From the NCBI GenBank assembly GCA_964510165.1, contig CAZEBC010000104.1, forward strand, positions 1 through 13,908: a stretch of 13,908 bases of DNA. Direction: 5' to 3'. This DNA comes from an uncultured bacterium. GTDB lineage: Bacteria > Abyssobacteria > SURF-5. This document shows positions 8,409-13,908 of this stretch, piece after piece; the first letter of the stretch is position 1, and each line of letters begins with the position of its first letter. A program made the translations under genes and the position numbers. The notes under the pieces are model-generated. The model saw only the letters and a program-made list of their open reading frames with translations. It did no database searches and had not been told where the DNA came from.

Positions 8409-9278
8409 CTACCGCACCATCTCCCTGTAGCGTTGCTCGCCCAGGGCCAAATCCTCTTTTTCAGGCAGGGTCTCGGAGAGTCGGAGCACGGCGTCCAGCC
8501 GCTCGCGGGAGGGGGGGTGCGAGACGGCGAACACCCGGAAGCTTTCGGGTATCTCCTGCTCCATCTTCAGAAGCTTCCTCACCATGGATATGCTGGCGGA
8601 AGGATCATAACCGAGAGCGTATATGTACACCGTTCCCTGGCAATCAGCCTCGATCTCGTCTTCCTGATTCATCCTCAGAATCGCCACGTTCGCCGAGAGA
8701 TATGAACCGGCCTCGAGCAGCGTCTTGTCCGCGCCGCCCCCCAGAAACTTCCTCACCCATGACATCAGCATCGCCCGCCCAAGATGGCGAGCATAATGCC
8801 GCCGCGACACGTGGGCGACCTCATGCGCCAGCACAGCCGCCAGCTCGCCCTCGTTGTCAAGCTTCTTGAGCAGCCCCGTCGTTATGTATATTTTCCCGCC
8901 GGGTAGCGAAAATGCATTGACCGTCGTCTGGTCACGGATGACGCCAAACTCGAAATCCGCGTCCCACGGATTGTTCTGCTCGCCAATCCTCGCGCCAATC
9001 TCGTTCACGTAGGCCGAAAGCGGGTCCGCCTTGGGGGCAACGTCAAACTCCGTCTCCAGCTTCTCGGCCTCCTGTTTCCCCAGCCGTTTCTCCTGGTCCA
9101 TGCTGACAACGTGTAATCCGCTAGTCGAAATATGATTGACGGCTGCGTACGGGACCCACAGAATTGTCGCCACCAGCAGAACATATATCGACACCTTGAC
9201 CAGTGTGCGGGATGGCCCCTCGGCCAGATGCCCCGCCATCGTGTCAATCCACCGGTCTATGTCCTTCAGCGTTTTCAT
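8409..9278 (-). CDS. M48 family zinc metalloprotease (BepA/Oma1-like), membrane-anchored
   Basis: VNAFSLPGGKIYITTGLL, ELAAVLAHEVAHV (HExxH), EIEAD, SHPPSRER; N-terminal hydrophobic helix. Confidence 0.92.
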   Translation of the reverse strand: MKTLKDIDRWIDTMAGHLAEGPSRTLVKVSIYVLLVATILWVPYAAVNHISTSGLHVVSMDQEKRLGKQEAEKLETEFDVAPKADPLSAYVNEIGARIGEQNNPWDADFEFGVIRDQTTVNAFSLPGGKIYITTGLLKKLDNEGELAAVLAHEVAHVSRRHYARHLGRAMLMSWVRKFLGGGADKTLLEAGSYLSANVAILRMNQEDEIEADCQGTVYIYALGYDPSASISMVRKLLKMEQEIPESFRVFAVSHPPSRERLDAVLRLSETLPEKEDLALGEQRYREMVR

Positions 9279-9290
9279 GCGGTTTTGCCG

Positions 9291-10388
9291 CTACCATTTT
9301 AGCTTATGTCCGTTCCGATAGTAAAGCAGCCCGATCACGTGCATCGTGACCACAAACACGTAGAATTCAAGGATCGGTTCCACGAGATATCTGACCAGCT
9401 TCGCAAACCAATCTGCCGCAAGGACATCCATCGACATCGTGAACAATGTGAGCGCCGCCCGGAAGAGCACGATTATCAGCATCGCCGCAAGGTATTCCCT
9501 GCCCATCCGGAAGATGGAACCGATTATGAACGCAGGATTGATCGCTTTCAGAAAGCTCCTCGTGACGACCAGGCTCATCAGCACCATCGGCATGTAGAAC
9601 GCGGCAATCGCATAGAGCAGCGTCATCGCCTGCAGATTGGTCGAGACTCCCCCGAACACGTTGTCGCCGGCGATCTCGCCCCTTGCCTGTGCCTCCCACA
9701 TGCGCGCCATGATCTCGATGTTGGTCGCAATCGCATAAACAATAAAGGGCGAAAACGCCACCACCGAAGCCCCCAGCACCTTCAACAGGTCCTTCACATG
9801 GTCCTGCCAGCTCTGAAACAACGGTAGCTCGGGTATCTGGCGGATACCCATCGAGGACTTCTCGATTATCAGAAGCAGGTAACTGAAATACATTAACCTG
9901 ATACTGATGATGCTGAGAAAGATGAACCCGATTATGATCGGCCCGAAAAATGGAAAGTAACGAAACGGCGCCATTACAAGCCACACCACGGGACTGAACA
10001 GTATCGCGCCGGTCAGGAAAATCTGCGTCGCCGTCTTGTTCGAAACAGGATACTTCAGGATGTCACGATACATGCTCAGCAGGCCGACCCGCTTTCCCTC
10101 AACAATCAGGTCGTCCGCCGGTATCGGGGGCTCGTCGTGGATCACCCCATACTCCGGATACGTGACGAGGTCTTCCTCCGAGTACTTCTCATCGAGGGAA
10201 CCGCGACGCCCCGGAGATGCGCGATAGCTCTTGGACGATGCGACGGGCGGCCGCGTCGCCTGCGGCGGCGGCACAATGAGCTCGCGCCCGCAGAGCTTGC
10301 ACCGCCCCCTGGCGCCGGCCCGCTCGACAGGCGCCTGGATCACCTGGCCGCATTCACACGTGAATTTTATGGTTCTGTCGCTGGACAC
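9291..10388 (-). CDS. Multi-pass membrane protein (DUF4013-like) with N-terminal Zn-ribbon
   Basis: IKFTCECG...GRCKLCG N-terminus, Pro-rich linker, about 6 hydrophobic segments, LPLFQSW and YMPMVL...AINP motifs; tight spacing with both neighbours. Confidence 0.75.
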   Translation of the reverse strand: MSSDRTIKFTCECGQVIQAPVERAGARGRCKLCGRELIVPPPQATRPPVASSKSYRASPGRRGSLDEKYSEEDLVTYPEYGVIHDEPPIPADDLIVEGKRVGLLSMYRDILKYPVSNKTATQIFLTGAILFSPVVWLVMAPFRYFPFFGPIIIGFIFLSIISIRLMYFSYLLLIIEKSSMGIRQIPELPLFQSWQDHVKDLLKVLGASVVAFSPFIVYAIATNIEIMARMWEAQARGEIAGDNVFGGVSTNLQAMTLLYAIAAFYMPMVLMSLVVTRSFLKAINPAFIIGSIFRMGREYLAAMLIIVLFRAALTLFTMSMDVLAADWFAKLVRYLVEPILEFYVFVVTMHVIGLLYYRNGHKLKW

Positions 10389-10404
10389 CGGGAATGTTAG
10401 CTTC

Positions 10405-10929
10405 CTATATCGTCAGCCGATCAAAGGGACAATTGAGTTCTCGGGAAGGAATCACCAGCATGCAGGGAGGCACATGCTCCTTGCAGGGCAGGGCGGAGCC
10501 GTCTCCCGGCCGGAGCGGAGAAACTTCGGGCGGCCGCTGCGCATACGCGTTCACCGCCTCAACCACTGCCGTCATCGCAGAGGTGACCGCTGCCCGCTTG
10601 CTCGGCGGGTCGCTCAACGTTCCGCCCGGCCAGATGGAAAGCGTATATCTTCCAAGCACACAGTCATATGTCAGCCTCAACTCGGCCGTGCGAAGGGCAG
10701 GCCCCAAACCCAGCAGACTCCGATACAACACCGCAAAAGCTCGCGTGTCAGTCACATCAAATGTCACGTAGGCGGTCGGAAGATATTTCTCACTTGGGAC
10801 CCGGTCAAAATGGCCCTCGCAACTGTACACCGTGCTCGCAAACGCAAGCCTATTGACCGCATCCACCAGCGGCCTGATGCCTTCTTCAATCACAAGCGTC
10901 AACTCTTCACCTTCCGGCAAGGCCCTCAT
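10405..10929 (-). CDS. Hypothetical protein with an IEEGIRPLVDAVN...TVYSCEGH motif (resembles the Tyw3/Taw3 N-terminus) and a Cys-rich C-terminus
   Basis: 174-aa ORF ending 16 bp before the next gene, downstream of a strong promoter. The start site is uncertain. Confidence 0.7.
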   Translation of the reverse strand: MRALPEGEELTLVIEEGIRPLVDAVNRLAFASTVYSCEGHFDRVPSEKYLPTAYVTFDVTDTRAFAVLYRSLLGLGPALRTAELRLTYDCVLGRYTLSIWPGGTLSDPPSKRAAVTSAMTAVVEAVNAYAQRPPEVSPLRPGDGSALPCKEHVPPCMLVIPSRELNCPFDRLTI

Positions 10930-11037
10930 AGAGCCAGTCCCGCATTGGGGACATGCGAAGAATCCGGTGTGAGTGTGGATTCATTCACAGTGGACATACT
11001 CTATACAGGTATCCGCATGATATTTCCTACAAGAAGA

Positions 11038-11066
11038 ATTATAACAGACCCGAAACCTCCATTCAA
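11038..11066 (-). promoter_or_regulatory. sigma70-type promoter of the leftward operon
   Basis: Minus strand TTGAAT - N17 - TATAAT with extended -10 TG. Confidence 0.75.
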
Positions 11067-11125
11067 TCTCAGGGTTATCTCCCCATCCGAAATCCGCAAT
11101 GTCTTGAACCCGAAACCCGAAACCC
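11048..11125 (+). repeat. Degenerate 7-bp repeats (CCGAAAY)
   Basis: ACCCGAAACC (11048), TCCGAAATCCGCAAT (11086-11100), AACCCGAAACCCGAAACCC (11107-11125). Confidence 0.6.
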
Positions 11126-11131
11126 ACTTCG

Positions 11132-11160
11132 TTGACAACGCCCCATACCGGTGCTATAAT
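11132..11160 (+). promoter_or_regulatory. Perfect-consensus sigma70 promoter of the rightward operon
   Basis: TTGACA (11132-11137) - N17 - TATAAT (11155-11160) with extended -10 TG. Confidence 0.88.
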
Positions 11161-11261
11161 CCGATACCAGTCATCCATTATCACTCATCTATAATAAAAT
11201 GGCATACTTATAGAGGAGAGAGCCGCGGTTTGCCAATTGGCTCAATCAATCGCCGACGAAA

Positions 11262-11720
11262 ATGAAGGATCAAGATTCACCAATCCATGTGCTCTGGCTG
11301 CCTACCATACTGGCGGCGGGTATATCCTACATAATTAGCTGGATAGATCTCGTGCCCGGGCTCGGCATCGGCTGGCTCGACGATATCGCCGTATTCATCG
11401 CCCTGGTCTGGTTCTTCACAAGCTGGCTGCCCAGGAACAAGCACAGGATTTACTGGTTCCGTCCCGCTCAGGCGAAGCCTCAAGACCGCGCCCGCACAGC
11501 CAAACCGGCCGGAAACGGCGGAACCCAGTTCGACCCCTTCCAGGTGCTCAACATCCGCCCCGGCGCCTCAGAGGAAGAGGCCAGGCGCGCGTATCGGGAA
11601 CTAATCTCCAAGTATCATCCTGACAAGGTCTCGCACCTCGGCAGCGAATTCCAGCAGATGGCTCACGAGAAAGTGATCAAGATACAGAAAGCGTACGAAA
11701 TGTTGTGCGGAAAGGGGTAA
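11262..11720 (+). CDS. Membrane-anchored J-domain protein with DUF1232/YkvA-like N-terminus
   Basis: YIISWIDLVPGLGIGWLDD (DUF1232-like) between hydrophobic helices; C-terminal DPFQVL...RRAYRELISKYHPDKV...IQKAYE (DjlA-like J domain with HPD). Confidence 0.88.
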   Translation: MKDQDSPIHVLWLPTILAAGISYIISWIDLVPGLGIGWLDDIAVFIALVWFFTSWLPRNKHRIYWFRPAQAKPQDRARTAKPAGNGGTQFDPFQVLNIRPGASEEEARRAYRELISKYHPDKVSHLGSEFQQMAHEKVIKIQKAYEMLCGKG

Positions 11721-11721
11721 C

Positions 11722-12078
11722 ATGACGCCGTTCTGTCCCATGTGTCGAAGCGAGTACGAAGAAAACGTCATCCAGTGCACCGACTGCGGAGCCACACTGG
11801 TGGAGCATCTCCCGCCCGAAGAGACAGAGGCCGAACCCGAAGCCGAGGTGGTCGAAGTTTTCGAGGCGTCGGGCGAGAAGGAAGCCCTCGTCGTCAAGGG
11901 CCTCCTCGAAAGCGAGGGCATCATGTGTTCGCTCAGTTCCGATGTCCCGCATTCCGTGCTTCCCCTGAATATCAACGGACTCGGCGCCGTCAGAATATCA
12001 GTAGCCGAGCAGGACGCCGAACGCGCCCGTGAAATCCTGTCGGCTTACGAACAAGAAGGGTCAGACCTTGACATTTGA
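11722..12078 (+). CDS. Zn-ribbon plus DUF2007-like (putative signal transducing) protein
   Basis: FCPMCRSEY...CTDCGATLV, then EALVVKGLLESEGI...VRISVAEQDAERAREIL; starts 1 bp after the previous stop. Confidence 0.85.
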   Translation: MTPFCPMCRSEYEENVIQCTDCGATLVEHLPPEETEAEPEAEVVEVFEASGEKEALVVKGLLESEGIMCSLSSDVPHSVLPLNINGLGAVRISVAEQDAERAREILSAYEQEGSDLDI

Positions 12079-12081
12079 CAC

Positions 12082-12105
12082 GCAGGGGCGCGATTCATCG
12101 CGCCC
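12082..12105 (+). repeat. REP-like palindrome
   Basis: GCAGGGGCGCGATTCATCGCGCCC; perfect stem GGGCGCGA/TCGCGCCC. Confidence 0.7.
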
Positions 12106-12131
12106 GCAACGCTTCAGACTGAGTAGCGCCG

Positions 12132-13130
12132 ATGGAACCCGAAAACGGAAATAAAGACAAAACGCTCATCCTCGTGGTTGACGACCACAAGCTCACCCGC
12201 GAATTGCTCAAGACCTATCTCGAGCACGGCGGCTACAGCACCATCGAGGCACAGAACGGCAAAGAGGCGCTCGAAAGGATCGAACAGTATTCGCCCGACC
12301 TCGTCCTGCTCGACATCCTCATGCCCGTCGTCGACGGATACAAGGTCTGCAAACACATCAAGGATGACCCCCGCACCACGCTGCTCCCCGTCATCGTCAT
12401 CACGGGACTCGAAGACTTCGACGCCAAGATGCAGGCCCTCTCCCTCGGCGCCGACGACTTCATCAACAAGCCCATCAACGAGAAGGAACTGCTCACCCGC
12501 GTCAAGAACCACCTTCGCATAAAGCAGCTCACCGACCAGCTCGAAAGCGCCGAAAACGTCATCATTTCACTCGTACGCTCCGTCGAGGCGAAGGACCCCT
12601 ACACGCGCGGGCATTCCGAACGCGTCGCCGAGTACGCCGCCGCGCTCGCGCGTGAATGCGAACTCTCCGACGAAGACCGCCAGATCCTCCGCCGCGCCGC
12701 GCTCCTGCACGACCTCGGGAAGATCGGAGTCGACGACTCCATCATCCGCTCCCCCGCAAAACTCACCGAGGAGGAACTCGAAAAAGTCCACAACCATCCC
12801 TTCATCGGAATCGAGATCATGAAGCCCCTCGGCTTCCTCTCCGAGGTCATCGATGTCGTCCAGAGCCACCACGAACGTTACGACGGCAAGGGCTACCCCG
12901 GCAGGCTCGCCCGCGAACAGATACCGCTCACCTCCCGCATCATTGCCGTCGCCGACACCTACGACGCGCTCACCACCGACCGCCCCTACCGCAAGGCCGT
13001 CTCCCCCGACGATGCCTTCAAGGAAATGAGACGCAGCGCATCCTCCGGCCAGCTCGATCCCGACCTCGTCGAAAAGTTCATCGAGATAATGAACTCCCAC
13101 CCATCCCCCGACCCCCGCAAATCCAGGTGA
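12132..13130 (+). CDS. Response regulator with HD-GYP c-di-GMP phosphodiesterase domain (RpfG family)
   Basis: REC (ILVVDD...LLDILMP...INKP) plus AKDPYTRGHSERV, LLHDLGKIG, HHERYDGKGYP, VADTYDALTTDRPYRK. Confidence 0.95.
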   Translation: MEPENGNKDKTLILVVDDHKLTRELLKTYLEHGGYSTIEAQNGKEALERIEQYSPDLVLLDILMPVVDGYKVCKHIKDDPRTTLLPVIVITGLEDFDAKMQALSLGADDFINKPINEKELLTRVKNHLRIKQLTDQLESAENVIISLVRSVEAKDPYTRGHSERVAEYAAALARECELSDEDRQILRRAALLHDLGKIGVDDSIIRSPAKLTEEELEKVHNHPFIGIEIMKPLGFLSEVIDVVQSHHERYDGKGYPGRLAREQIPLTSRIIAVADTYDALTTDRPYRKAVSPDDAFKEMRRSASSGQLDPDLVEKFIEIMNSHPSPDPRKSR

Positions 13131-13252
13131 CACATCCTTCGCCCGGCGGGGTCAACGAACAGGATTGCCACAAACTCTTGCCTTGGCAGCCTCCAATGGA
13201 CATGATTTTCGGAGCACTCATGGCCCATCAGAATCGAATGTGCCTCCTTTCT

Positions 13253-13278
13253 GTCATTCCTGCGAAAGCGGGAATCCA
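13253..13278 (+). repeat. dRS3-like palindrome (ATTCCY-N8-GGGAAT)
   Basis: GTCATTCCTGCGAAAGCGGGAATCCA; a second copy GTCATTCCCGCGAAGGCGGGACTCC at 13664-13688 is 22/25 identical. Confidence 0.75.
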
Positions 13279-13296
13279 TTTGATAACAATGTGTTA

Positions 13297-13380
13297 CGTG
13301 CGCGCAGTCTCGGTGACGAGACCGAGAAATGCTTCACCGACCAGGACATGTGGCGCGTGCACGAGCAGGTCGAGGCGTAA
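13297..13380 (+). pseudogene. Probable 3' remnant of an unidentified gene
   Basis: The last 21 sense codons (DETEKCFTDQDMWRVHEQVEA) end in G/C in 20 of 21 cases, like neighbouring genes, while the upstream part of the frame is repeat DNA with no credible start. Confidence 0.4.
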
Positions 13381-13527
13381 GGACGGGTATCGAGTTTCTG
13401 GTCTCGGGCTACTTGGTTGAAGGGAGTGCGGATTAGCCCGATTGCGGATTGAGAATACAGCGAGAAGGTTTATCTGCGAAGGATAAAGCAGGTGCAGGGT
13501 GGAAAGGAGAAGACGGAACCGCTGAGA

Positions 13528-13789
13528 CACAGCGCGGCGGAGCCGCAACCAAGAGAAGAAGATTTGGATCACGAATGCCACGAATTCAACGAATTGCACG
13601 AATGAACCCCGTGGTGGCGGGGTCATTCCCGTCCCTTTTTCTGTCATTCCCATACCTCTTCTTGTCATTCCCGCGAAGGCGGGACTCCGCTTCAAGGCAA
13701 ACTATTACACATTAACGCACTCACAAATTGTGACGAAGATTCACGATTTTCGGAGTGAGGTAGCACAGCGCGGCGGAACCGTAGCCAAG
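13528..13789 (+). repeat. Repeat mosaic bounded by 26-bp direct repeats
   Basis: CACAGCGCGGCGGAGCCGCAACCAAG (13528-13553) and CACAGCGCGGCGGAACCGTAGCCAAG (13764-13789), 23/26 identical; inside are 4x MACGAAT at 9-bp period and 3x GTCATTCCC at 21-bp period. Confidence 0.75.
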
Positions 13790-13877
13790 CGGAAACTCCC
13801 TCGGCCAAAGACCAACCCATGTGGGTGAAACCGGCCAAGAAAAATTCACGATCGCAAAAAAATCCACAAAAACCTTA

Positions 13878-13906
13878 TTGACGGATCAGGAATCGGGTGA
13901 TACAAT
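13878..13906 (+). promoter_or_regulatory. sigma70-type promoter for a transcript beyond the window
   Basis: TTGACG - N17 - TACAAT with extended -10 TG, preceded by A-tracts (13839-13872) resembling an UP element. Confidence 0.75.
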
Positions 13907-13908
13907 CT

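Noticed and set aside
9279..9293. TAG of the membrane protein is in frame with the M48 start (possible read-through fusion); all three operon genes end in TAG
   Set aside because: In-frame spacing occurs one time in three by chance, both proteins look complete, and there is no evidence of pyrrolysine or recoding.
10896..10928. Reading through the uORF TGA gives U-G-P-C-R, a selenothioredoxin-like motif
   Set aside because: The frame closes at another TGA a few codons later, has no thioredoxin fold and overlaps the better-supported SCEGH gene.
10953..11135. Plus-strand ORF MRRIRCECGFIH... resembling a Zn-ribbon
   Set aside because: Only one Cys pair, no upstream promoter, and it overlaps the leftward promoter and heptamer repeats.
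11200..11214. TGGCATACTTATAGA as a second sigma54 promoter
   Set aside because: Lacks the conserved GC at -12, and a perfect sigma70 promoter lies just upstream.
13528..13789. Repeat mosaic as a CRISPR array
   Set aside because: Only two 26-bp repeats 236 bp apart; the 9-bp units with 12-nt spacers are too short; no cas genes.

Overview
GC-rich bacterial chromosomal window containing 13 well-supported CDSs and no recognisable rRNA, tRNA, CRISPR array, transposase or integrase. Left to right: a soluble GAF-GAF hybrid histidine kinase (minus strand) under a consensus sigma54 promoter; a divergent plus-strand run of M20 amidohydrolase, VOC-family protein, class-III PLP aminotransferase, SAM methyltransferase, archaeal-type endonuclease IV and SagB-type nitroreductase; a convergent minus-strand operon (SCEGH-motif hypothetical protein, Zn-ribbon membrane protein, M48 protease); a divergent plus-strand run (DUF1232-like/J-domain protein, Zn-ribbon/DUF2007-like protein, REC-HD-GYP phosphodiesterase); and a ~780 bp repeat-rich non-coding tail ending in a strong sigma70 promoter. 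Five near-consensus sigma70 promoters are readable by eye. I cannot demonstrate a complete novel system. The best leads are (1) several different REP-like and periodic short-repeat families filling nearly every intergenic gap, including a mosaic bounded by 26-bp direct repeats at 13528-13789, (2) the sigma54/IHF/palindrome/sigma70 divergent control region at 2393-2624, and (3) the ambiguous 5' end of the SCEGH gene (coupled uORF, or in-frame TGA followed by a SECIS-like hairpin and a CPQCG motif). Family assignments come from motif recognition only; no database searches were run.
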